Assembly (NCBI GenBank): GCA_042572045.1
Contig: JBHPFI010000005.1
Span: 1-55,893, forward strand
DNA: 55,893 nucleotides
Direction: 5' to 3'
From: Candidatus Omnitrophota bacterium
GTDB lineage: Bacteria > Omnitrophota > Gorgyraeia > Gorgyraeales > Gorgyraeaceae
In this document: positions 8,086-18,900 of the stretch, in pieces
Position numbering within the stretch: the stretch's first letter is position 1
Layout of the letters: each line of letters opens with the position of its first letter
Made by a program: the position numbers and the translations under genes
The notes under the pieces: generated by a model
The model's database searches: none
Told to the model about the DNA's origin: nothing
Seen by the model: the letters and a program-made list of their open reading frames with translations, nothing else

Positions 8086-10179
8086 TTACTTAACTAAACT
8101 ATTAGCTATTATAAATGAGGCAAAAACAATAGACACCATTGACATCAATTTTATTAAGATATTAAGCGACGGGCCTGACGTATCTTTAAAAGGGTCCCCA
8201 ACGGTATCGCCTACTACTGCTGCCTTATGACTAGAAGACCCCTTGCCTCCTTCTCTGCCGCTTTCAATATATTTCTTTGCATTATCCCATGCCCCGCCTG
8301 AGTTAGCCATCATGATAGCCAAAACAAAACCACAAATCAAGGCTCCTATTAATAATCCCACTCCTGCTTCTATGCCCATCAAAAGACCTACGGCGATGGG
8401 GGCGAGTATTGCTAAAAGAGACGGCAATATCATTTCCTTTTGGGCGCTCTTTGTAACAATGGTAACGCAATTTGCATAATCCGGTTTTTCCCTTCCTTCC
8501 ATTAGACCCTTTATCTCTCTAAACTGCCTCCTTACTTCCATCACAATGGCTGAAGCAGCTCTGCCAACCGCACTCATGGTAAGCGAACAGAAAGCAAACG
8601 GAAGCATTCCTCCTATAAAAAGACCCGCTAAAAGTCGCGGATTCATTAAATCCGTGTTCAATGGTTTGCCTAACAAATGTATATGCTCCCTGTAGGCAGC
8701 TATTAATGCCAAGGCTGAAAGCGCAGCAGAGCCTATCGCAAATCCCTTACCAGTGGCAGCAGTTGTATTTCCCAATGCATCCAGCGCATCTGTGCGCCTA
8801 CGCACCTCGGGAGGTTGATGTGACATCTCTGCATTGCCTCCGGCATTATCTGCCACAGGTCCATAGGCATCTGTTGCGAGCGTAATACCTAATGTGCTGA
8901 GCATACCAACAGCGGCTATACCAACACCGTAAAGTCCAAGATTGAAATCCCTTGCCCCTCCTGAAAGGTAAAAACTAGCTAGTATTGCAAACGCAACGAT
9001 GCAGACCGGGATCACAGTGGAAAGCATGCCTACAGACAGGCCGCTTATAATAACAGTAGCCGGTCCTGTAAGGGCAGCCTTGGCTACTGTGCGCGTAGGA
9101 GAATATTTATCCGATGTAAAATATTCTGTAGAAAGACCAATCACAATACCAGCGACTAAACCTGCGATAACTGCCCAATAGACTCCTATAAACTCTACGC
9201 CCAGGACAAATTTTATTACGAAATAGGATGCTACCGCAATAATAGCTGCGCTCGCAAAAACACCTTTTCTCAATGCCATAAGAAGGACGTGCTGTTCAGC
9301 CTTTTCTCCAGAACGCACAAAAAGCGTACCAATTAAACTTGCAATAACTCCGACAGCCGCCATAACCATAGGAACAGTAATGCCCTTTAAGCTCTTTCCG
9401 TATTGCATAAATGCAGCAGAGCCGAGCGCCATTGTGGCGACAATGGACCCAACATACGATTCATATAAATCTGCCCCCATGCCCGCGACATCTCCAACAT
9501 TATCGCCTACATTATCAGCTATCACTGCTGGGTTTCGAGGGTCGTCTTCAGGTATGCCTGCTTCAATTTTACCGACAAGGTCTGCGCCAACATCTGCTGC
9601 CTTAGTAAAAATCCCTCCCCCTACCCTTGCAAAAAGAGCCATTGAGCTCGCGCCCATGCCAAAATTCAACATGGTGCTAGTAATATTCTGAATCCTCACA
9701 GCTTCTTCTAAACCGCGATAATACCAGTCTAAGAAATAATACCATATGCTTAAATCCAATAGTCCCAATCCGACCACCATAAGACCCATCACTGCACCGC
9801 TTGAAAATGCAACCTGAAGCGCCCTATTTAAACTGCTCTTTGCCGCACACGTTGTCCTTGCGCTCGCACGAGTCGCGACACTCATACCTATAAAACCACA
9901 AAGCCCTGAAAAAAATCCTCCTGTCAAAAAGGCAAACGGGACAAATATTATAAGATAACCCTTTAAATACAGAGAAAATAAAACGAAAAATACAACCGCA
10001 AAAAACAACGCCACAATCAAATACTGCCTCTTAATATACGCATACGCGCCTTCTCTTACCCATCCTGCGATCTCTTTCATTTCAGCCGTACCTTCATCGT
10101 AACGCAATATCTTCCAGATAAGAAAAATGGCAAAAAATATAGCCATTATAGAAGCCGTAGGTGCAAGAAATAACATCAA
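8086..10179 (-). CDS. hppA: Membrane-bound K+-dependent cation-translocating pyrophosphatase (Na+,H+-PPase signature)
   Basis: DVGADLVGKIE, DNVGDNVGD, GNTTAA (K+-dependent Ala), DLYESY, GDTVGDPFKDTSGP. Confidence 0.97.
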   Translation of the reverse strand: MMLFLAPTASIMAIFFAIFLIWKILRYDEGTAEMKEIAGWVREGAYAYIKRQYLIVALFFAVVFFVLFSLYLKGYLIIFVPFAFLTGGFFSGLCGFIGMSVATRASARTTCAAKSSLNRALQVAFSSGAVMGLMVVGLGLLDLSIWYYFLDWYYRGLEEAVRIQNITSTMLNFGMGASSMALFARVGGGIFTKAADVGADLVGKIEAGIPEDDPRNPAVIADNVGDNVGDVAGMGADLYESYVGSIVATMALGSAAFMQYGKSLKGITVPMVMAAVGVIASLIGTLFVRSGEKAEQHVLLMALRKGVFASAAIIAVASYFVIKFVLGVEFIGVYWAVIAGLVAGIVIGLSTEYFTSDKYSPTRTVAKAALTGPATVIISGLSVGMLSTVIPVCIVAFAILASFYLSGGARDFNLGLYGVGIAAVGMLSTLGITLATDAYGPVADNAGGNAEMSHQPPEVRRRTDALDALGNTTAATGKGFAIGSAALSALALIAAYREHIHLLGKPLNTDLMNPRLLAGLFIGGMLPFAFCSLTMSAVGRAASAIVMEVRRQFREIKGLMEGREKPDYANCVTIVTKSAQKEMILPSLLAILAPIAVGLLMGIEAGVGLLIGALICGFVLAIMMANSGGAWDNAKKYIESGREGGKGSSSHKAAVVGDTVGDPFKDTSGPSLNILIKLMSMVSIVFASFIIANSLVK

Positions 10180-10205
10180 ATATCCTCCTTTAATAACTCA
10201 GCCCA

Positions 10206-10227
10206 AGGCGGAAGAATTAAATCCGCC

Positions 10228-10228
<1 letters not shown>
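10206..10228. other. Hairpin AGGCGGA-N9-TCCGCCT abutting the purA stop
   Basis: 7-bp perfect inverted repeat; arms resemble the CCGCC/GGCGG repeat family in inverted arrangement; no U tract. Confidence 0.5.
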
Positions 10229-11496
<1,268 letters not shown>

Positions 11497-11513
11497 TTAA
11501 ACAGACGCACCTT

Positions 11514-12749
11514 TTACGGATTCATTGTGAAAATCTTTTTCGCTATATCTGGGTATTTAGCTATAAATCTAAGCTCGTCATGGATGAGGGGTTGCTGTGT
11601 ATGCACATTGGCGTATCTTACAAGATCAAGGATCTTGGTGGCCTCTTTGTCATTTTTAAATTTTATCTCGAGCTTTTCGTATACATTTCTAAAACCCTTT
11701 ATACCACTATACTCTCCTGCTGTAATCTGTCTTCCTGTTTCAATAAGCTCTGGTTCTCCTCTCCCAAGCTCCTCAAAATCGTAAAGTTCATAATTGCGCC
11801 TGTCTTTCAGAGCGCCATCTGCGTGAATGCCAGATTCATGCGCAAACGCATTTGCGCCAACCCCTGGCTGATTTACAGGCAGAGGCACTCCAAAGGCATA
11901 TGAAGCATACTTTGCAATCTTCCAAGTATGATCCAGCTTGATCTTTTCATCAAGATGGTATCTACCTTTAAATCCACTCGAGTGCCTAAGCGCAAGTATT
12001 ACAGAAACAAGGTCTGCGTTCCCAGCCCTTTCTCCCGTTCCATTTATAGTAGTATTTATGTATGCGTCACATCCAGCATCTACTGCTGCCTTTGCGCCGC
12101 TTATTGAACAGGCCACCACCATGCCAAGATCGTTATGACAATGGAGTTCTATTGGTAATTTTACTTCAGCAGCAAGAGTTCTCACCCTCTCATAAATCGT
12201 AAAAGGGTCATCATAACCAAGTGTATCGCAATATCTGATTCTATCAGCCCCATGATCTCTTGCCGCCTTAGCAAATTTTATAAGAAATGACATATCGGTC
12301 CTAGATGCATCCTCTGCATTTACCCCGATTATTTTTAACTTTTTATTTCTTGCATAATCCAAGGCCTGTGTCATCATCAACAGAATATCGTCTCTGGTTT
12401 TCTTCCCTAAAAACTTACCATGCGTCATCTGTTCAGAAGTAGATATAGAAAGGTTCAGATTCTCTACATCTGTCATCTCAAGCGCCTTCTTCACATCCTT
12501 CTTAAGCGCCCTTATCCATCCATTAAGAACAATTGGTTTTAAAACGCCTTTACGCACAAGCTCCATATTGGCATTTAAATAACTGGTCTCATGACGCGTG
12601 ACAGGAAAGCCAAACTCGCTGCCAAAAATACCCATCTCATTCAAGAAAACATTTATCATGGTTTTCTGCAGCTTGGCAAGTCCTAACCTAGAAGTCTGAA
12701 CGCCATCTCTATTGGTTACATCAATAATATAAATCTTGTTCTTTTTCAT
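11514..12749 (-). CDS. DRE-TIM metallolyase (homocitrate/isopropylmalate synthase superfamily), probably Re-citrate synthase
   Basis: DVTNRDGVQT, HCHNDLG, GERAGNA, HESGIH; no LeuA regulatory domain; resembles Dehalococcoides-type Re-citrate synthase as I recall it. Confidence 0.8.
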   Translation of the reverse strand: MKKNKIYIIDVTNRDGVQTSRLGLAKLQKTMINVFLNEMGIFGSEFGFPVTRHETSYLNANMELVRKGVLKPIVLNGWIRALKKDVKKALEMTDVENLNLSISTSEQMTHGKFLGKKTRDDILLMMTQALDYARNKKLKIIGVNAEDASRTDMSFLIKFAKAARDHGADRIRYCDTLGYDDPFTIYERVRTLAAEVKLPIELHCHNDLGMVVACSISGAKAAVDAGCDAYINTTINGTGERAGNADLVSVILALRHSSGFKGRYHLDEKIKLDHTWKIAKYASYAFGVPLPVNQPGVGANAFAHESGIHADGALKDRRNYELYDFEELGRGEPELIETGRQITAGEYSGIKGFRNVYEKLEIKFKNDKEATKILDLVRYANVHTQQPLIHDELRFIAKYPDIAKKIFTMNP

Positions 12750-12780
12750 AAACACATCCTCTTTGTTTTGAATTTTGGCA

Positions 12781-14364
12781 TTATAACTTTATTAATTTTG
12801 CGTCCAGAATATTCTCTGCCTTTCTTATTTCATCAAGCGCCTTTTCAGGTATAGGGCTGTCGACGTTTAAAACCGACAATGTCTTTCCGCCTGGCTTTTC
12901 TCGGCCAAACGTCATTGTAGCAATATTAACGCCATTATTCCCCAGGATAGTTCCTACCTTTCCGATGATACCAGGAACGTCTATATTGTGGGCAACCAGC
13001 ATGTATCCTTCAGGTATAGCATCCACATGAAACTGATCTATCTTTACAATCCTTGCGTCCTTTTTTGTAAATAAAGTACCAGTAACAGACCTGACGGTCT
13101 TATCAGTCTTAACCTCGACTACAATAAGATTTGCATACTCTTCCAATCCGGTGGACTTTGACTCTTTGACCTTTACCCCTCTTTCTTTTGCCACAATAAG
13201 CGCATTTACATAATTAACTGTCTCCTGGAGAATCGGGGTAAGCGCGCCTTTTACAATTGCCACAGTCAATGGCGATACAGTATATTTAGCAATATCCCCG
13301 GAATATTTTATATTTATCTGCGAAATCCTGCCTTTAGCGAGCTGAGCAACAAGCGAGCCCATCTTCTCACCAAGCTCTACATAAGGCTGCAAGATCTTGT
13401 AAAGCTCTGTATCGATACAAGGCACATTGACTGCATTTCTTATTCCGCAGCCAAGCAATGCATCCCTTGTGCTATTAGCAATATCAACAGCGACATTAAT
13501 CTGCGCTTCTTCAGTAGAAGCGCCAAGATGAGGCGTAAGGATAACCTGTCCACATTCAAGAAGAGGGCTTTCTTTAGGCGGCTCCTTTTCGTATACATCT
13601 AAAGCTGCACCTGCTATCTTTCCATCCTTTATGCCCTTAAGAAGCGCAACCTCATCTACTATGCCACCTCTTGCGCAATTTATAATACGCACGCCCTTCT
13701 TCATGTCTCTTATAGCCTTCTCATCAATAATATGTTTTGTTTCGTCCGTCATCGGAGTATGCACCGTAATATAATCTGATCTTTTGAATACATCCTTAAG
13801 TTCTACTGATTTAATCCCCAACTCTTCTGCTTTATCTAACGACAAGAACGGATCATACGCAATCGTCTTCATGCCAAATGAGGCTGCGCGTTTAGCAACC
13901 TCTGCGCCTATTCTTCCAAGGCCTATAATCCCCAAGGTCTTACCGTATAATTCAACGCCCATAAACTTCTTTCTCTCCCATTTTCCTGACTTTGTCGAAA
14001 CATCTGCCTGCGGTATGTTTCTTGAAAGAGAAAGAATAAGAGACATTGTATGTTCAGCAGTAGAAATAGTGTTGCCTCCAGGCGTATTCATAACAATAAT
14101 ACCTCTTTTGGAGGCAGCCTCCAAATCAACATTATCCAATCCTACGCCAGCCCTCCCTATTACCTTTAATTTATCAGCATTCTCTATCACGGCTTTGATA
14201 ACATTTGTGCCGCTGCGCACTAAAAGCGCGTCATAATCCTTGATAATCTTTTTCAGCTCCTCTGGAGGAAGTTTTAATTTTACATCCACCTCAAATTCCT
14301 TTACCTTTTTCAGTATCTCGACCCCTTCTTCTGACAGAGGATCACTGACTAATATTTTGAACAT
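12781..14364 (-). CDS. serA: D-3-phosphoglycerate dehydrogenase, type I with ASB and ACT domains
   Basis: GRAGVGLDN, GLGRIG, NCARGG, TPHLGASTEEAQ, C-terminal ACT. Confidence 0.97.
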   Translation of the reverse strand: MFKILVSDPLSEEGVEILKKVKEFEVDVKLKLPPEELKKIIKDYDALLVRSGTNVIKAVIENADKLKVIGRAGVGLDNVDLEAASKRGIIVMNTPGGNTISTAEHTMSLILSLSRNIPQADVSTKSGKWERKKFMGVELYGKTLGIIGLGRIGAEVAKRAASFGMKTIAYDPFLSLDKAEELGIKSVELKDVFKRSDYITVHTPMTDETKHIIDEKAIRDMKKGVRIINCARGGIVDEVALLKGIKDGKIAGAALDVYEKEPPKESPLLECGQVILTPHLGASTEEAQINVAVDIANSTRDALLGCGIRNAVNVPCIDTELYKILQPYVELGEKMGSLVAQLAKGRISQINIKYSGDIAKYTVSPLTVAIVKGALTPILQETVNYVNALIVAKERGVKVKESKSTGLEEYANLIVVEVKTDKTVRSVTGTLFTKKDARIVKIDQFHVDAIPEGYMLVAHNIDVPGIIGKVGTILGNNGVNIATMTFGREKPGGKTLSVLNVDSPIPEKALDEIRKAENILDAKLIKL

Positions 14365-14384
14365 GTTTGGCTCCTTCTTAAATT

Positions 14385-15521
14385 TTATTTAACTGCTTCT
14401 AGAAAGGCCTTTACGCCAATTCCCTTTTCGAATTTATATCCCATATCTAAAAGAACAGTCTCCAATGTCTCTATGCAGACTTTTAAATCACTAGCCTTTA
14501 TATAACCCATCGCGGCTATCCTAAAAATCTTTCCTTTTAACTGAGCCTGCCCCCCGGCAATAACCACTCCATATTTATCGCGCATCGTCTTTACTAATTT
14601 GGCCCCGTCAATACCTTCAGGGACCTTCGCAGCAGTAACTGCATCTGAATAAGCGTCTGGCGCTAAAAGCTCCAACCCAAGGGCATTAACAGCCTTTCTT
14701 ACTGCCAAGGCATGTTTCTTGTGGCGATTTAATACATTTTCAAGTCCGTCTTTCTTGATAATCTTCAGGGCCTCATTTAAGCCAATTACAAGATTTACCG
14801 CAGGCGTATAAGGGGTATCGTTTTTCTCTATAAATTTCTTGTATGCGCCAAAGTTAAAATAATATTTTGGAAGGGTTGATTTTTGAACTACTCTACACGC
14901 CTTTTCGCTCAAACTGACAAAAGCAAGTCCCGGGGGGATCATCAATCCTTTTTGCGAACCAGCCACGACAACATCGACACCCCACTCATCTGTCTTGAGA
15001 GGCACTGCTGCAAGCGCGCTTATCGCATCTACTACTAAAACCGCCTCAAAATCCTTTACAAGCTTTGCGATTCTTTCCACATCCGTTGATGCGCCAGTAG
15101 AGGTTTCACACAGCGTTGTGTATACGGCCTTTATTCCTGGCCCCTCTTTTTCCAAAATCTTCCTTATAGACTCCGGATCAACAGATTTACCCCATTCGAC
15201 ATCTATAGGTATAAATTCTATACCATAAGCAGCGCACAGCTCCGCCCATCTTTCTCCAAACTTCCCTCCTCTTACAATTATTGCCTTATCTCCTGAGGAA
15301 AGCAAGCTGCTAACAGCGCCTTCCATCGCGCCTGTCCCGCTCGAAGAAAATATAAGGACATTGTTTTTTGTCTGAAAAACATATTTTAATCCTTCTTCAA
15401 CCTCTCTTAATACTGCCTGAAACTGAGGCGTCCTATGATGTATTATAGGCCTTGCCATGGCGTCTAACGCCTCATGCGGTACTGGGGTTGGACCCGGTGT
15501 AAGCAAATAATTTTTTGTCAT
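14385..15521 (-). CDS. Class-V PLP aminotransferase (serine-glyoxylate/AGT family)
   Basis: LLTPGPTP, SSGTGAMEG, ETSTG, VDAIS, GSQKG (PLP Lys), FRIAAMG. Confidence 0.92.
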   Translation of the reverse strand: MTKNYLLTPGPTPVPHEALDAMARPIIHHRTPQFQAVLREVEEGLKYVFQTKNNVLIFSSSGTGAMEGAVSSLLSSGDKAIIVRGGKFGERWAELCAAYGIEFIPIDVEWGKSVDPESIRKILEKEGPGIKAVYTTLCETSTGASTDVERIAKLVKDFEAVLVVDAISALAAVPLKTDEWGVDVVVAGSQKGLMIPPGLAFVSLSEKACRVVQKSTLPKYYFNFGAYKKFIEKNDTPYTPAVNLVIGLNEALKIIKKDGLENVLNRHKKHALAVRKAVNALGLELLAPDAYSDAVTAAKVPEGIDGAKLVKTMRDKYGVVIAGGQAQLKGKIFRIAAMGYIKASDLKVCIETLETVLLDMGYKFEKGIGVKAFLEAVK

Positions 15522-15547
15522 ATTTTAAGCTCCATTTTTATTCTAAA

Positions 15548-16138
15548 TTATTTTCTCTTATCTGCTATTACTTCGTCTATAAGTCCATACTTCTTTGCCT
15601 CTTCAGCGCTCATGAAATAATCCCTGTCCGTGTCCTTCTGGATCTTTTCTAATTTCTGGCCAGCATGTTTTGCGAGTATCTCATTTATTCTGTCTCGCAT
15701 CTTTAATATCTCTTTGGCCTGTATATTTATATCTGATGCCTGCCCCTGTACGCCGCCCCATGGTTGATGTATCATTACGCGTGAGTTTGGAAGGGCAAAC
15801 CGTTTGCCTTTCGTACCTGCTGCAAGAAGCACCGCACCCATACTGGTCGCCTGACCCATGCAATACGTGCAAATATTAGGCTTAACAAATTGCATTGTGT
15901 CGTATATCGCAAGACCAGCCGTCACTATTCCTCCAGGGCTATTAATATAAATGCTTATATCCCTGTCAGGGTCTTCTGTCTGAAGAAAAAGCATCTGCGC
16001 AATCACGAGATTTGCGATTACATCGTCTATCATGGAGCCTATAAAAATTATCCTGTCCTTTAGAAGTCTGGAATAGATATCATACGCGCGTTCTCCTCTT
16101 TCTGACTGCTCAACAACAATAGGAACTAACATAGACAT
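15548..16138 (-). CDS. clpP: ATP-dependent Clp protease proteolytic subunit
   Basis: DIYSRLL, YINSPGG, ATSMG (catalytic Ser), MIHQP, DTDRD. Confidence 0.98.
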   Translation of the reverse strand: MSMLVPIVVEQSERGERAYDIYSRLLKDRIIFIGSMIDDVIANLVIAQMLFLQTEDPDRDISIYINSPGGIVTAGLAIYDTMQFVKPNICTYCMGQATSMGAVLLAAGTKGKRFALPNSRVMIHQPWGGVQGQASDINIQAKEILKMRDRINEILAKHAGQKLEKIQKDTDRDYFMSAEEAKKYGLIDEVIADKRK

Positions 16139-16153
16139 GTATACCTCCTTTAA

Positions 16154-16179
16154 TGAGTCTCCGTCTTGACGGAGACTCA
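16154..16179. other. Perfect 12-bp inverted repeat between tig and clpP
   Basis: TGAGTCTCCGTC-TT-GACGGAGACTCA; includes the tig stop codon; no U tract. Confidence 0.75.
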
Positions 16180-17268
16180 GCTGATTTTCGCCTCTTTTAA
16201 CAAAAACTCCATTACCTTGCTGTTTCTCATATTTATTGCCATCTCATCCAGCATATGGTTTTTTTCGAGATACCTTTTTATTTCATCCTTTGATTTTTTA
16301 TACTGCACTGCCATCTCTTCGATACGTTTATCAATCTCTTCTTGCTTTAGGTATACCTTTTCGGCCTGGGCAATTTTATCCAATATAAAAAATGCCTTTA
16401 CCTGGCGCAATGCCTGTTTCTGCGCATTCGTCTCTAATTCTTTCTTATCTTTATCCGACAATGTAAATTTTTTATCGGGGTTTTCTTTTTTTTGCAACGT
16501 CTCCATATAGTTAACGCGCTTATTGACATCCTCTAGCAATCTCTCCTTTTCAGAATTTACTAATGACTCAGGGATTTCAAAATTTAGCCCGTCAACAAGC
16601 TGACTGATAACCTGCATCTCTAAATCAGCCTTCATTTCATGTTCGAGCCGGTGTTTTAGGTTCTGTCTTATGACATCCTTTAATTTTCCTAGATTCTCAA
16701 ATCCTAAATCCTTTGCAAGCTCATCATCCAGCTTAGGTAGGACCTTTTCTTTCTCTTCGCTGTCCTTCCTTGGCACATTCTGCGCATTTGTCTCCCGCAA
16801 AGACTCTAGATTTTTCTGGACATCTTCTTCTTTTACTTCCGCAGGTTTTCTCTTTAACTTCAAGCCCTTATAGTTCTTTAGAGAAAAATCTGGCCTTGTT
16901 TCAATGCTCGCCTTATAAGAAAAGCCTTCTTTTAAATCAAGCTTCACGTCAGTTATGTCTGGATATCCTATAGGGCTTAATTTATGTTGCTCTAGAATCT
17001 TTTGATAAGTCTCAGGAATAAGTTTTTTTATAACCTCTTCCCTCGCGGTCTTAGAATAGTGAAGCTCCAATAAATCCCGAGGCACCTTTCCGACCCTGTA
17101 TCCCGGGACGCTCGCGACCCTTCTTATCCCTTCATAGGCCTTGTCAAATTCATCCTTTACCTTTTCAGAAGAAAGATTTACTTCCACGATTTTCTTGCAA
17201 TTTTTTAGTTTCTTAATCGATGACTTCACGCCCTTATGTCCTATTCTATCCGCCTCAGGCAGACTCAT
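16177..17268 (-). CDS. tig: Trigger factor lacking the FKBP-type PPIase domain
   Basis: [10 protein letters not shown] ribosome-binding signature, [11 protein letters not shown]-terminal helical domain; tig-clpP synteny; true start may be GTG 17229. Confidence 0.92.
   Translation of the reverse strand: MSLPEADRIGHKGVKSSIKKLKNCKKIVEVNLSSEKVKDEFDKAYEGIRRVASVPGYRVGKVPRDLLELHYSKTAREEVIKKLIPETYQKILEQHKLSPIGYPDITDVKLDLKEGFSYKASIETRPDFSLKNYKGLKLKRKPAEVKEEDVQKNLESLRETNAQNVPRKDSEEKEKVLPKLDDELAKDLGFENLGKLKDVIRQNLKHRLEHEMKADLEMQVISQLVDGLNFEIPESLVNSEKERLLEDVNKRVNYMETLQKKENPDKKFTLSDKDKKELETNAQKQALRQVKAFFILDKIAQAEKVYLKQEEIDKRIEEMAVQYKKSKDEIKRYLEKNHMLDEMAINMRNSKVMEFLLKEAKIS
17249..17263 (-). repeat. CCGCC-N3-GGCGG family mini-hairpin at the lptB/tig junction
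   Basis: TCTGCC-TGA-GGCGGA on the minus strand (one G-U pair); nearly identical to 43022-43036. Confidence 0.6.
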
Positions 17269-18012
17269 TTACATCCGAAATTTCTTACCGAGATATATCT
17301 CCCGCGCCCTTGGGTCCTTGAGCAACTCATCTGCGGTTCCTGATATAAGCATCCTTCCTTCTGCCATTATATATGAACGGTCTGTTATTTCAAGCGTTTC
17401 TCTTACGTTGTGATCTGTAAGAAGTATGCCCAGACCTTTTTTCTTGAGTCCTGCAATAATCTCCTGGGCATCGGTCACTGCAATCGGGTCTATGCCGCTA
17501 AACGGCTCGTCCAGAAGAAGAAACAGGGGATTCGTAACGAGTGCCCTGGTTATTTCCAATCTGCGCCTTTCTCCTCCTGAGAGCATATAGGCCTTCTTCT
17601 TTGAAAGATGCCCAATATTCAATTCGCCAAGAAGCTCTTCTAGTCTCCTTTTTCGAACAACCCTTGGAATATCCAGGGTTTCTAATATTGCCATTATATT
17701 TTCCTCAACACTTAGCTTTCTAAATACAGATGGCTCCTGTGAAAGATAACCTATTCCATTGCGCGAACGTTTATACATCGCAAGTCTTGTAATATCCTTA
17801 CTGTCAAATATTACCCGACCTTTGTCAGGTCTCAGCATACCGACCACCATGTAAAAACTTGTGGTCTTTCCGGCGCCATTCGGACCCAATAGCCCTACAA
17901 TCTCGCCTCTTTTTATCTGCATATCTATACCATCCACTACCCTTTTACCGTCGTAGGCCTTTACAAGATTCTTTACTTCCAATAAATGTTCGCTATTGTT
18001 TAGGAGGCTCAT
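17269..18012 (-). CDS. lptB: LPS export ABC transporter ATP-binding protein
   Basis: GPNGAGKTT, GYLSQEPSVFRKL, LSGGERRRLEI, DEPFSGIDP, TDHNVRETL. Confidence 0.97.
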   Translation of the reverse strand: MSLLNNSEHLLEVKNLVKAYDGKRVVDGIDMQIKRGEIVGLLGPNGAGKTTSFYMVVGMLRPDKGRVIFDSKDITRLAMYKRSRNGIGYLSQEPSVFRKLSVEENIMAILETLDIPRVVRKRRLEELLGELNIGHLSKKKAYMLSGGERRRLEITRALVTNPLFLLLDEPFSGIDPIAVTDAQEIIAGLKKKGLGILLTDHNVRETLEITDRSYIMAEGRMLISGTADELLKDPRAREIYLGKKFRM

Positions 18013-18850
18013 TTTGAATAACCAGCTTTGGTCGTTTGGGCAATATCAGGCGGCCCTGATCAACCAGGTAGATCGCCTTCTCGCTATAAGTCACATTATT
18101 TCCGTTTATGATCCTTACATTGCCTCTGGCCGCTACACATCTTACCTCTTTTGTATCCTGTTTAAAATAAACATCTATACGATCGGCAAAGATATTGCCC
18201 TGAATATTTTCAACCTTTACATTATTCTTGAAGATAGCCTGATTTTTCTTATAATTTATCTCAAGAGGGCCATCACAAGTTATTGTTACATCCTGTGTTT
18301 TGTTATTCGCTGCCTCTATGGCATCACCTGTATGGCGCAGGGCATTTCTTTTTAAACTTCCTATATTCGCAACGACGTCTTTTTTTAATTCAGAGATCTC
18401 TTGTTCTAGATTATAAGTCGCACCCCTGCCATTGACCTCAAAATCAGTCCTTTTTATGCTTACAGGAGCGTCGGTAAACATATTTTCGGTCTTTGTGTCC
18501 CACTGCAAAAAATCTGTAGTAAATTTTATGCCGTCTGTGGTCTTAATTATCACATCGTCCTCAAGACAAACCAGATGCTGTTCTTTATCGAAATCTCCTT
18601 CTCTTGCCTTTAATTTAAATACTGTATTTTTCCCGAAGATTACCGCTGAAATCTCGCTTATCTTAATTCTCTCGCCTTCCACTTCCGCTGATTTACCGAG
18701 CAACTTCCATCTTTTTTCTCCAGCGTCTTTATACTGCATAAGAGAAAAGCCTTCTACTTCTTGCGCAACCCCTCCAAGTTCCTGCGCAAAAGAAAAACCG
18801 CATAAGCCCAAAATCAATAAAACGGTCGAAATAATTACTCTGCGCAACAT
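17993..18850 (-). CDS. LptC-like plus LptA/OstA-like fusion (two beta-jellyroll domains)
   Basis: N half LptC-like (KRWKL.G.SA, F.TD.L.WD, TDAPV.I); C half OstA-like (ITCDGPLE, GNIFADRI.V, A.GNV.I); directly upstream of lptB. Confidence 0.8.
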   Translation of the reverse strand: MLRRVIISTVLLILGLCGFSFAQELGGVAQEVEGFSLMQYKDAGEKRWKLLGKSAEVEGERIKISEISAVIFGKNTVFKLKAREGDFDKEQHLVCLEDDVIIKTTDGIKFTTDFLQWDTKTENMFTDAPVSIKRTDFEVNGRGATYNLEQEISELKKDVVANIGSLKRNALRHTGDAIEAANNKTQDVTITCDGPLEINYKKNQAIFKNNVKVENIQGNIFADRIDVYFKQDTKEVRCVAARGNVRIINGNNVTYSEKAIYLVDQGRLILPKRPKLVIQNEPPKQ

Positions 18851-18860
18851 CCATCACTCT

Positions 18861-18900
18861 CTAACTTGATAAATCCTCAATGACAAAAGTGTCAAGCTAA
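18861..18900. repeat. 41-bp palindromic dispersed element, copy A
   Basis: CTAACTTGATA-AATCCTCAATGACAAAAG-TGTCAAGCTAA; right arm contains the lpxL TAG stop. Confidence 0.8.

Noticed and set aside
11514-12749. nifV / nitrogen fixation, or leuA
   Set aside because: No nif or leu genes are adjacent, there is no regulatory domain, and motifs fit Re-citrate synthase better
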